Shown here: piece after piece, positions 8,456-18,066 of the stretch
Layout: each line of letters begins with the position of its first letter
How positions within the stretch are numbered: position 1 is the stretch's first letter
DNA from: Trueperaceae bacterium
GTDB taxonomy: Bacteria > Deinococcota > Deinococci > Deinococcales > Trueperaceae
Reading direction: 5' to 3'
DNA length: 28,114 nucleotides
NCBI GenBank assembly: GCA_040905465.1
Contig: JBBDRK010000048.1
Span: forward strand, 1 to 28,114
Program-made: the position numbers and the translations under genes
The notes under the pieces: generated by a model
The model's database searches: none
Told to the model about the DNA's origin: nothing
Seen by the model: the letters and a program-made list of their open reading frames with translations, nothing else

Positions 8456-9405
8456 GCTGTGCTCCTCGGAGTCCGGTCGTTGATGGGCTCGCCGACTCGC
8501 AGCGCAACCGCGATGCGTGCAGCCAGCCGAGCGTTTTCGAGCAGGAGGCGAAGGTTCACTTCCACCGTGCGGGACTCGGAAAGTTCCGCCAGCCGGCTCA
8601 GCAGGAACGGAGTGAGCTCCTTGCCGCTCACGCCCGCCGCGGCCGCGTCCTGCTCGGCGATCTCGCGATATCGCGTCAGGTCGGCGCGATCCAGCCCCTG
8701 CGAAACGGGATTGCTGACCAGCATTCCTCCCGGCAGCCTCAACTCCAGGTGTCTACGAAACGCCCCGGCCAGCTCCTCGGGCGAGTCGAAGCTCGCCGGG
8801 AGTGAATAGTCGGTCTCGCGGACGTGGAATCCCGCCAGGCAGGTGGAGCGGAAGCCCACCACGGGCACTCCCAGGGTCTCCAGTCGCTCGAGCGTCGCCC
8901 CGGCCAGGAGAATGCTCTTGGGCCCCGAACAGACGGTGATCACCTTGCTGCGGGCGAGCGCCAGCAGGTCGGCCGACTCATCGTACGGTTGCGAGTGGAC
9001 GCCGCCGATGCCGCCGGTGGCGAAAACCTCGATGCCGGCGGCATCGGCGGCGTGCAAGGTAGCTGCCACGGTGGTGCCGGCGTCCGCCCGCCGCGCCAGA
9101 AGGGCAGCGAGGTTCCAGAGCGACGCCTTCTCGATGGTCTCGGTCCCGGCGCCGTCGTTCGCCCGCGCGTCTCCGGCGAGCAGCTCCAGGTCGTCCTCAC
9201 CGATTCCCACCACCAGCTCGCCAGCGATCACCGCGACGGTAGCAGGAACGGCACCCTCCTGACGGACGACGTTTTCGAGCTCGCGGGCGAGTTCGAGGTT
9301 TTGCGGCCGGGGCAGACCGTGGGTAATGACCGTGGACTCAAGAGCGACCACGGGGCGGCCGCGGGAGAGGGCGATCTGAACGGCTGGGGAAATGCGCAGA
9401 CTCAC
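8452..9405 (-). CDS. psuG: Pseudouridine-5'-phosphate glycosidase (PsuG/IndA family)
   Basis: VVALESTVITHGLPRPQN, GTTVAAT, FATGGIGGVH, ESADL, GPKSIL, GKELTPFLL motifs. ATGA overlap with the next gene. Confidence 0.9.
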   Translation of the reverse strand: MSLRISPAVQIALSRGRPVVALESTVITHGLPRPQNLELARELENVVRQEGAVPATVAVIAGELVVGIGEDDLELLAGDARANDGAGTETIEKASLWNLAALLARRADAGTTVAATLHAADAAGIEVFATGGIGGVHSQPYDESADLLALARSKVITVCSGPKSILLAGATLERLETLGVPVVGFRSTCLAGFHVRETDYSLPASFDSPEELAGAFRRHLELRLPGGMLVSNPVSQGLDRADLTRYREIAEQDAAAAGVSGKELTPFLLSRLAELSESRTVEVNLRLLLENARLAARIAVALRVGEPINDRTPRSTA

Positions 9406-9477
9406 GCCTCCAATGATATCGCACGCTTCGGCGGGCGACCGATCACCGGGCGGGTTACCGTGTTAGACTCTACCGCC

Positions 9478-9807
9478 GTGGAAGTACCCGAACTGACTAC
9501 GGTGGCCCCCTACCTCCAGCAGTTGACCTTTGGGGCGGTTGCCGGGTTCGTGGTCGGTTACGCGCTCAAGAAGGTGGGCAAGCTGGTGGCTCTCGCCTTC
9601 GGTATTCTGTTCGTGGCGATCCAGGCCCTCGCCTTCTACGGGCTTATCACCGTGAACTGGGGAGAGGTCCGAGGGCGCTTCGACCCGCTGCTGGAACCGA
9701 GGTCGCTCGATCGGGCCTGGCGCAGTCTGGTGGCGATGTTGACCTACAACATCACCTTCGCGGCGGCGTTCGTTCCCGCGCTGATAATCGGTTTGAAGCG
9801 AGGCTGA
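9478..9807 (+). CDS. FUN14 family small membrane protein
   Basis: C-terminal 109 aa of ORF 8824..9807: QLTFGAVAGFVVGYALKKVGKL...GLITVNW...IGLKRG. GTG 9478 lies 8 nt after TGtTAGACT. Confidence 0.8.
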   Translation: MEVPELTTVAPYLQQLTFGAVAGFVVGYALKKVGKLVALAFGILFVAIQALAFYGLITVNWGEVRGRFDPLLEPRSLDRAWRSLVAMLTYNITFAAAFVPALIIGLKRG

Positions 9808-9831
9808 CGGCGCCGATCCGGCTCATGGCGC

Positions 9832-9852
9832 GTTGAGTCTCGAACACTCAAC
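9832..9852. promoter_or_regulatory. HAIR (HspR-associated inverted repeat) operator
   Basis: GTTGAGT-ctcgaac-ACTCAAC, a perfect 7-7-7 inverted repeat. Matches consensus CTTGAGT-N7-ACTCAAG except at the outer bases. Sits just upstream of the groES -35. Confidence 0.82.
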
Positions 9853-9856
9853 CTAC

Positions 9857-9885
9857 TTGACAACTGACGGCCGCCCACGTACCAT
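9857..9885 (+). promoter_or_regulatory. sigma-70 promoter of groESL
   Basis: TTGACA (9857-9862), 17 nt spacer, TACCAT (9880-9885). Confidence 0.85.
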
Positions 9886-9893
9886 GTCCTTGG

Positions 9894-9920
9894 TTAGCAC
9901 TCCCAGTTGGCGAGTGCTAA
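9894..9920. promoter_or_regulatory. CIRCE element (HrcA operator)
   Basis: TTAGCACTC-ccagttggc-GAGTGCTAA, an exact match to consensus TTAGCACTC-N9-GAGTGCTAA. Confidence 0.97.
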
Positions 9921-9959
9921 AACTCTGTGAGGTCCTCTAAACTCAATTCGGAGGGAAGT

Positions 9960-10268
9960 ATGGCTAAGACGGAAGCACGGATGAGTCTCAAGCCCCTGGG
10001 CGACAAGGTCGTCGTAGAGGTAGTCGATGAGCCGCAGACGACTGCGAGCGGCATCGTTCTGCCCGACAACGCCAAGGAGAAGAGCCAACGCGGCACGGTA
10101 GTGGCGGTCGGACCGGGTAAGGTCCTCGACACCGGCGAGCGCGAGCCCATGGACGTAGGCGTGGGCGACACAGTGGTGTTCGCCAAGTACGGCGGCACCG
10201 AGCTCGAGTTGGGTGGCACGGAGTACATGATCCTCAGTCTCCGCGACATTCACGCGATCGTCGAGTAA
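9960..10268 (+). CDS. groES: Co-chaperonin GroES
   Basis: [42 protein letters not shown] 9960 follows GGAGGG SD. Confidence 0.97.
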   Translation: MAKTEARMSLKPLGDKVVVEVVDEPQTTASGIVLPDNAKEKSQRGTVVAVGPGKVLDTGEREPMDVGVGDTVVFAKYGGTELELGGTEYMILSLRDIHAIVE

Positions 10269-10285
10269 CGGACCTCGGCTCTTAG

Positions 10286-11974
<1,689 letters not shown>

Positions 11975-11996
11975 ACGGGTCCGAACTTCAGCCGAT

Positions 11997-12031
11997 GACA
12001 GACGGGCGGTCCGCAGGACCGCCCGTCTGTC
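11997..12031. terminator. Strong hairpin, likely bidirectional terminator between convergent groEL and gpmI
   Basis: GACAGACGGGCGGTCC-gca-GGACCGCCCGTCTGTC, a perfect 16-bp stem. U-tract is weak. Confidence 0.8.
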
Positions 12032-12044
12032 TATTGAGCGCGTC

Positions 12045-13574
12045 TCAGTTGGAGATCAGCGAACGCCCCGTCATCTCCTTTGGCGCCGGCAAACCCATGA
12101 GCTCCAGGATGGTGGGGGCGACGTCGCCCAGCACACCTCCATCGCGCAGCCGGAAGTTGCCGGCGCCGATCAGCAGGCATGGCACCGGGTTGGTTGTGTG
12201 AGCGGTATGTGGTCGACCGACCTCGTCGAGCATCGTTTCGGCGTTGCCGTGATCCGCCAGCACCAGCGCGACGCCTCCCTTCGCTGCCACCGCCTCCACC
12301 AACCGTCCCATCCCGGCGTCGCTGGCCTCACAAGCCGTCACCGCCGCCTCGAACACGCCGGTGTGACCGACCATGTCGGGATTGGCGTAGTTGACCAGGA
12401 TGAAGTCGTCGTCGAAGCCGCGGATCCGCGCCAGGGTACGCTCGGTGAGTTCGGGCGCGCTCATTTCCGGTTGCAGGTCGTAGGTCGCCACCCGTGGCGA
12501 CGGAACCAGCTCACGAACCTCGCCTTCGAGGGGCTCCTCCTGCTTGCCGTTGAAGAAGTAGGTCACGTGGGCGTATTTTTCGGTTTCGGCGGTGTGGTAT
12601 TGGCGCAGGCCGGCGTGCGAGATCGCTTCGGCCAGGCACGGCCGCGCACCGGGCGGCGTGAAGGCGAAGGGCGTCGACAGATCGGCGTCGTACTGCATGA
12701 ACGAGGCGAACGACACCCGCGGTCGCCGGCACCGCTCGAACTCGTTCCAGTCGTCGCCGCCAGTCAATGCGTAGGTCAGCTGCCGGGCGCGATCGGCGCG
12801 GAAGTTGAAGTAGATGAGCGAGTCTCCGTCGCCGATCCGGGCCACCGGCTCGGCGCCTTCGACTATTACGGTCGGCTCGATGAACTCGTCGGTCTCGCCG
12901 CGGTCGTAGGCGGCCTGCACCGCTTCCCGGCCGCTGGCCGCGGTAAAGGGAGCCTTGCCGCACACAAGTGCGTCGAAGGCGCGGCTGGTGCGCTCCCAGC
13001 GCTTATCGCGATCCATGGCGAAGTAGCGGCCGGTAACGCTCGCTACCCGGGCGCCGCCGCCGGCTTCGGCGATCGCCTCTTCCAGTTCCGAAACGTAGCC
13101 GAGGCCGCTTCGGGGGGCGGTGTCACGGCCGTCGCTGAAGGCGTGGATGTACACCGGCCCTGCGGAATCGCGGCGGGCGAGATCTACCAGCGCCAGGAGG
13201 TGCTCCAGGTCGCTGTGTACTCCGCCTCGGCTCACCAGGCCCAGCAGGTGCAGGGCGCCACCGCTGCCGGCGGCCAACGCGTCGGCCAAAACCGTGTTGC
13301 GATCGAACTCTCCGCTCTCTATCAGGCTGTCGATCCAGGTGAGGCTCTGCATCACCACGCGACCGGCACCCAGGTTCATGTGGCCTACCTCGGAATTACC
13401 GATCTGACCCGCCGGCAGGCCCACCGCTTTGCCGGAGGCCTCCAGCCTGGTACGCGGGCTCTCGCGCCAGTAGCGATCGAAGCTCGGCGTGGAAGCTCGG
13501 GTTACCGCGTTGCCAGGTCCGTCGGCAGCGAGTCCGAACCCATCCAGGATTATCAGTGCGACCGGTCTGGTCAT
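12045..13574 (-). CDS. gpmI: 2,3-bisphosphoglycerate-independent phosphoglycerate mutase
   Basis: LIILDGFG, GNSEVGH (catalytic Ser), DGRD, GRYFAMDRD, AETEKYAHVTYFFNG, DMVGHTG, ADHGNAE. GAGGTG SD. Confidence 0.97.
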   Translation of the reverse strand: MTRPVALIILDGFGLAADGPGNAVTRASTPSFDRYWRESPRTRLEASGKAVGLPAGQIGNSEVGHMNLGAGRVVMQSLTWIDSLIESGEFDRNTVLADALAAGSGGALHLLGLVSRGGVHSDLEHLLALVDLARRDSAGPVYIHAFSDGRDTAPRSGLGYVSELEEAIAEAGGGARVASVTGRYFAMDRDKRWERTSRAFDALVCGKAPFTAASGREAVQAAYDRGETDEFIEPTVIVEGAEPVARIGDGDSLIYFNFRADRARQLTYALTGGDDWNEFERCRRPRVSFASFMQYDADLSTPFAFTPPGARPCLAEAISHAGLRQYHTAETEKYAHVTYFFNGKQEEPLEGEVRELVPSPRVATYDLQPEMSAPELTERTLARIRGFDDDFILVNYANPDMVGHTGVFEAAVTACEASDAGMGRLVEAVAAKGGVALVLADHGNAETMLDEVGRPHTAHTTNPVPCLLIGAGNFRLRDGGVLGDVAPTILELMGLPAPKEMTGRSLISN

Positions 13575-13624
13575 GGTTCACCTCACGATGCTCGGCGCCC
13601 ACGGCGCTTGCGACAAACGCCGTC

Positions 13625-13633
13625 AGCTTAACA
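13625..13633 (-). promoter_or_regulatory. Probable extended -10 promoter of gpmI (TGtTAAGCT)
   Basis: TGn-TANNNT about 50 nt upstream of the gpmI ATG. Confidence 0.45.
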
Positions 13634-13767
13634 GCTGTCGCCGAGGTAGCTCTGCTCCACACGAGCTGCTCTGCCCAAGAGGTGTAGCTCGGCTTCGGTC
13701 GGCGCGCCCGGGCAGCGGCACCGAGTCGCTTGGTTCGAACGGCCCTGCTCGGCACGATCGGAGTCGC

Positions 13768-14610
13768 TCAACCCCAGTGCCCCAGCACGCGGGCCACTCG
13801 CACGGGCAGCTCGTGCAAGTCCCGCTCGACTACCTCGTCCGGTGTTTTGCCGAACCGCAAGGCCAGGAAGCAGCGGGCTACGGTCTCAAGCTGGGGCCGG
13901 AGTTCGGGGTCCCCCAGCACCTGCGGAAGGAGTTCGGCGAGGTTTGCCTCGAGCTGTTGCAGGGCCAGCCGAACGGCCACCGCGCGCTCGTCGTCCGATA
14001 GCTGTGGCACCGGTTCGCAGGGGTCGACGGCCAGACGCTCCGCGGCGCGGCGGACGCCGAGTTCCTGCGAGTAGCGCGAACAGGTACTGCACAAGCCGGC
14101 TTCTGGGCTGAGCGCTCCACAGGTTGGACACGCCGACCAGCCCTCGGCGTTGCGGCGCGCCCGATAGGCCAGCAGCGCCTGACCAGCTTCCAGCGCCGGC
14201 CGGGAGAGCTCCTCCGGCAGTTCCAGCTCGTCCAGGGCGTCTGTCAGTCGCGCCAGCTCCACCGGATCGACCGGTGCAGAGAGCGGCGGTTCCGGTTCCG
14301 CTTCCGCGTTGTCTACCCGGCGGCCCGTCTGGAAGCGGATTTCCCGCACCTCACGGGCGCCGAACTTGCCGTGGAACACGTCCAGGAAGCGCTTGCGCTG
14401 AAGAGTGAGGTGCATCGCCGTCTCCGAGTCGGACACCTCCACGAACAGCACCCCATCGACCAGGTTGCGGGCGCGCGTGAAGCGGGCGAGCTGGCCACCG
14501 GCGACCTGCGGCCACAGCAGCACGGCCTGAGCCCGCTTGAGGGCCCGCTTCATGCCGCCACGGCGGAATACCTCGGCCAGAAGTTCGGAAACGTGGCGCC
14601 TGTCAGCCAC
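13768..14610 (-). CDS. DUF721 (DciA-like) protein with CxxC...CxxC zinc ribbon
   Basis: LLWPQVAGGQLARFTRA...GVLFVEVSDS...EIRFQTG (DUF721/KH-like) and CPTC...CSTC. Overlaps the recF stop, an arrangement known in Deinococcus. Confidence 0.82.
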   Translation of the reverse strand: MADRRHVSELLAEVFRRGGMKRALKRAQAVLLWPQVAGGQLARFTRARNLVDGVLFVEVSDSETAMHLTLQRKRFLDVFHGKFGAREVREIRFQTGRRVDNAEAEPEPPLSAPVDPVELARLTDALDELELPEELSRPALEAGQALLAYRARRNAEGWSACPTCGALSPEAGLCSTCSRYSQELGVRRAAERLAVDPCEPVPQLSDDERAVAVRLALQQLEANLAELLPQVLGDPELRPQLETVARCFLALRFGKTPDEVVERDLHELPVRVARVLGHWG

Positions 14611-15646
14611 GCGCGATCTCTCCGCCCTGGATGAGCATGAGCGAATCGTATTCCGGCGGCGGCTCGGTTCCGGTCACCAGCGCCTGGCTGGCCGCTCTCA
14701 CCAGTTGCAGCAGGAAGCCGCGGCGAGACGGATCCAGCTCGGCACTGAAATCGTCGAGTAGCAGGACCGGTGTTTCCTCGTGACGCTGTTCGAGCAGCCG
14801 GAACTCTGCCACACGCAGGGCGAGGGCCGTGGTGCGGGCTTCGCCGCGTGAAGCGAACGCCTGCGCGCTGTGGCCACCGAGGTCGAGGCGCAGATCGCTG
14901 CGGTGCGGACCCACAACGGTAGTCCCGCGTGCGCGTTCCTCAGCGCGACTCGCCTGCAGGGCATCGGCGAGCGGCCCCGCTGCCGAACGCTGCAACGACA
15001 CGGACAGCTCCTTGCCGTCGCCGGCGATGGCCCGATACGCTGCCGCCGCCAACTCGGCGATCCGTACCACCGCCCGCTCGCGCAGGTCGTCGATCTCCTG
15101 ACCGAACTCCACGAACCGCTCGCTCCACACATCGATGTCCGAATCGGCCAGGCCATGGCGCAGCGCGGCGTTGCGCTGCTCGAGCACCCGGGCGAACGCC
15201 TTGATCAGCATCGAGTAGCGCGGCGAGAGCCGGCCAAGCAGCGAATCGAGGTAGCCGCGCCGCAACGACGGCGAGCCGTGTACCAGGTCGGCATCCTCGG
15301 GCGTGATGAGTACCGCTGCGCTAACCCGGGCGATGTCGAGCACCCTGGCCGTCTGCCCGTCGAGCTTGAGGGTCTTGCGCCCCGGCGCCAGTCCCACCTC
15401 GATCGAGCTGAGTCCGTCGTCGTGCTCGAGTCCGGCTCCCACGAACCCCTGCTCCTCACCGATGCGCAGGTTCTCCACGATCCTGCCTCCCGGCAGCTCG
15501 CCGGTAACGCCCAGGTAGCAGGCCTCGAGCAGGTTCGACTTGCCGGCCCCGTTTCCGCCGGCGACAGCCGTAAGCCCCGTGCACGGCTCCAGCTTGGGCG
15601 TAACCAGGTTGCGGAAGTTGATTTGGGTGAGGCTGCGCAGCACCAC
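14603..15646 (-). CDS. recF: DNA replication/repair protein RecF
   Basis: NFRN, Walker A GGNGAGKSNLLEA, GSPSLRRGYLD, GPHRSDL, ASRGEAR, PVLLLDDFSAELD. Confidence 0.96.
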   Translation of the reverse strand: MVLRSLTQINFRNLVTPKLEPCTGLTAVAGGNGAGKSNLLEACYLGVTGELPGGRIVENLRIGEEQGFVGAGLEHDDGLSSIEVGLAPGRKTLKLDGQTARVLDIARVSAAVLITPEDADLVHGSPSLRRGYLDSLLGRLSPRYSMLIKAFARVLEQRNAALRHGLADSDIDVWSERFVEFGQEIDDLRERAVVRIAELAAAAYRAIAGDGKELSVSLQRSAAGPLADALQASRAEERARGTTVVGPHRSDLRLDLGGHSAQAFASRGEARTTALALRVAEFRLLEQRHEETPVLLLDDFSAELDPSRRGFLLQLVRAASQALVTGTEPPPEYDSLMLIQGGEIARG

Positions 15647-15652
15647 GACGCC

Positions 15653-15658
15653 AGTCTA
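15653..15658 (-). promoter_or_regulatory. -10 element for a leaderless recF transcript
   Basis: TAGACT-ggcgtc-GTG (6 nt spacer), no SD. Confidence 0.65.
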
Positions 15659-15743
15659 CCGCTCGCCATGCGCGCCCTGCCGACCGCCCGGCTTTTGCTG
15701 CGCCGCGGCAGGCAATGCTCCCGGGTCGGCGCCAGCGAATGCC

Positions 15744-15782
15744 AGTCACACTTCTCGGAATCATTCCGACAGGTGTTAGACT
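15744..15782. promoter_or_regulatory. Inverted repeat / candidate operator overlapping the sufS extended -10 (TGtTAGACT)
   Basis: AGTC-ACACTTC-TCGGAAT-C-ATTCCGA-CAGGTGT-ta-GACT, with a perfect 7-1-7 core at 15755-15769. TAGACT lies 6 nt before the sufS ATG. Confidence 0.6.
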
Positions 15783-15788
15783 TGGAGC

Positions 15789-17024
15789 ATGACGCCGCTC
15801 GACCCCAACGCGCTGCGCGGTGACTTCCCGATACTCCAGCGGGAAGTCAACGGCCGTCCGCTGGTGTACCTCGACAACGCAGCTTCTTCACAGAAGCCGC
15901 GGCAGGTGGTCGAGGCGATGGTGCACTACTACTACAACAGCCACGCAAACGTCCACCGGGGCGCGCACACGCTCGCCGTCGAGGCGAGCGAATTGTACGA
16001 AGAGGCCCGAACCAAGGTGGCGGGGTTCCTGGGAGCGCCGGATCCGGCCTCGGTGATCTTTACCCGCAACACCACCGAGGCGATAAACCTGGTCGCCGAC
16101 AGTTGGGGACGTCACAACCTGCGGCCGGGCGACGAGCTGATCATAGGAGTAGCCGAGCACCACGCCAACCTGGTGCCGTGGCAACGTGTCGCGGCCGAGC
16201 GCGGAGCGACGTTGCGGGCAGTCCCGCTCGCGCCCGATCACCGTTTCGATATGGACGCCTTCCGGGGGCTGCTCAACGAGCGCACCAGGCTGGTAGCCAC
16301 CTGGCACATGAGCAACATGTTGGGTGCCATCAATCCGGTGCGCGAGATCTGCGACCTCGCCCACCGGGCAGGAGCGCTGGTGCTTGTCGATGGCGCCCAG
16401 GCAGCGCCACACCTGCCGGTCGACGTGCAGGAACTCGGCGCCGATTTCTACGCGATCAGCGGCCACAAGATGTGCGGTCCCACCGGGGCGGGCGCGCTCT
16501 GGGGCCGCGCCGAGATCCTCCGCGAGATGCCTCCGTTCCTGACCGGCGGTTCGATGATTCGCAAGGTCGAGATCGAAGGGAGCACCTACGCCGACATCCC
16601 CATGCGCTTCGAGGCCGGCACGCCGAACATAGCCGAGGCGATCGGGCTCGGGGCGGCGGTCGACTACCTGCGGGGTATCGGCATGGAGCGGATATTCGAG
16701 CACGATCGCGCCCTGTTGCGCTACGCGCTGGCGAAGCTGCGAGAACTCGATGGCGTGGTGCTGTACGGCCCCGAGGGGGACGATCGCGGCGGGATTATCG
16801 CATTCAACGTCGAGGGCGCCCATCCCCACGATATCGCCACGGTGCTGGACCAGGAGGGGGTGGCGGTACGGGCCGGCCACCACTGCGCGCAGCCCCTGAT
16901 CCGAGCGCTCGGAACCCAGTCCACGGCGCGCGCCAGCTTCTACTTCTACAACACCGAGGAAGAGGTCGACAGCTTCGTGGCAGCGGTAGCCAAGGCGCGC
17001 GACTTCTTCGCGGCTTTCGCCTGA
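15789..17024 (+). CDS. sufS: SufS-type (group II) cysteine desulfurase
   Basis: VYLDNAASSQKP, ANVHRG, EHHANLVPW, PLP Lys motif SGHKMCGPTG, FEAGTP, catalytic RAGHHCAQP. Confidence 0.96.
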   Translation: MTPLDPNALRGDFPILQREVNGRPLVYLDNAASSQKPRQVVEAMVHYYYNSHANVHRGAHTLAVEASELYEEARTKVAGFLGAPDPASVIFTRNTTEAINLVADSWGRHNLRPGDELIIGVAEHHANLVPWQRVAAERGATLRAVPLAPDHRFDMDAFRGLLNERTRLVATWHMSNMLGAINPVREICDLAHRAGALVLVDGAQAAPHLPVDVQELGADFYAISGHKMCGPTGAGALWGRAEILREMPPFLTGGSMIRKVEIEGSTYADIPMRFEAGTPNIAEAIGLGAAVDYLRGIGMERIFEHDRALLRYALAKLRELDGVVLYGPEGDDRGGIIAFNVEGAHPHDIATVLDQEGVAVRAGHHCAQPLIRALGTQSTARASFYFYNTEEEVDSFVAAVAKARDFFAAFA

Positions 17025-17033
17025 GGAACGCAT

Positions 17034-17516
17034 ATGTCACTGTTGGACAGCCTGTACAAGGAGATAATCCTCGATCACTACAAGCGGCCCCGCAACCGCG
17101 GCGTGCTGGACCCGCACACGGTCAGGCATGAGGGCCTGAACCCATCGTGCGGAGACGAACTCGAGCTCTTCCTGCTGGTGGAAGGGGGCACGGTCAAGGA
17201 CGTGAGCTTCGTAGGTGAGGGTTGCGCCATCAGCCAGGCATCGGCGAGCATGATGACCAAGGCGCTGAAAGGTCTGTCGTTGGCCGAAGCGCAGGCGCTG
17301 GCCGACGATTTCAAGGCGATGATCCACGGTCAGCCGCCCGCCGACAAGCTCGGCGACCTGAAGCTGCTACAGGGCATAAGCAAACTGCACGCCCGCGTGA
17401 AGTGCGCTACCTTGCCGTGGGTGACCCTGGTGGAGGCGTTGGAGAGTCCGGAAGTCGCCGGTCGGGACCAGACCGGAACCTCGTACGACGAACCGGCGGA
17501 CAAGCGGGCGGACTGA
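17034..17516 (+). CDS. sufU: SufU (NifU-like) Fe-S assembly sulfur-transfer protein
   Basis: LYKEIILDHYKRPRNRG, NPSCGD, GCAISQASAS, RVKCA. SufU-type spacing between the 2nd and 3rd Cys. Confidence 0.93.
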   Translation: MSLLDSLYKEIILDHYKRPRNRGVLDPHTVRHEGLNPSCGDELELFLLVEGGTVKDVSFVGEGCAISQASASMMTKALKGLSLAEAQALADDFKAMIHGQPPADKLGDLKLLQGISKLHARVKCATLPWVTLVEALESPEVAGRDQTGTSYDEPADKRAD

Positions 17517-17571
17517 CCGACCGGCAAGTCGGCGGGCCAGGCGAGTCTGCCTCGGGGCAGCCGACACCGGG

Positions 17572-18066
17572 TCAGCCCGAGGAGGGCTCCTTGGGGGGCG
17601 CTTCGACAGGCTTGCTGCGGCGGACCTCGGGCTGATCGAGGCTCCGCTCGAACGCCTTCAGCAGCCCCCGGAACTGCTCGCGAAAGAGCATCTGCTCCTT
17701 TTCCAACCGCGATATTTCCGCTCGTAGCGAACGCAGCCGACCCTCGGCGTCGCGCATCATCCCCGAGCGCTGGCCATCGGCTTCGCGCAGGATCAGGGAG
17801 GCCTCGTGCTTGGCGTTCTCCTTGATCTCGTTGGCGATCCGCTCGGCGGCGATCACGGCACGCTTGAGCTCGACCTCGCCCACCTTGAGCTCCTCGATCC
17901 GTTCGTCGCGCTTCTTGAGCTCGTCGCGCAGCGACTGGTTTTCGCGAAGGGTTTCCTCGAGCTGTTGCGAAACACGCTCCAGGAACTCGCGAACCTGGCG
18001 CTTGCCGTAGCCTCCGACGGTACGGCCGAACTCCATGTGTTCGATGTCGAGGGGACTCAGCTTCAC
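17572..18066 (-). CDS. divIVA: DivIVA domain protein
   Basis: MKLSPLDI...F...GY...V..FL..V N-terminal DivIVA motif followed by coiled coil. GTGA overlap with yggS. Confidence 0.88.
   Translation of the reverse strand: MKLSPLDIEHMEFGRTVGGYGKRQVREFLERVSQQLEETLRENQSLRDELKKRDERIEELKVGEVELKRAVIAAERIANEIKENAKHEASLILREADGQRSGMMRDAEGRLRSLRAEISRLEKEQMLFREQFRGLLKAFERSLDQPEVRRSKPVEAPPKEPSSG

Noticed and set aside
8824..9477. N-terminal part of the 327-aa ORF ending in the FUN14 domain
   Set aside because: Antisense to psuG. The real start is probably GTG 9478.
13575..13767. 193-bp gap between gpmI and DUF721, with a short GCAGAGC repeat and ORF 13396..13755
   Set aside because: No recognisable RNA family or credible CDS. 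Accounted for by the gpmI promoter and leader.
17516..17571. Short GC hairpins between convergent sufU and divIVA
   Set aside because: Stems of only about 5 bp with no U-tract, too weak to call a terminator.
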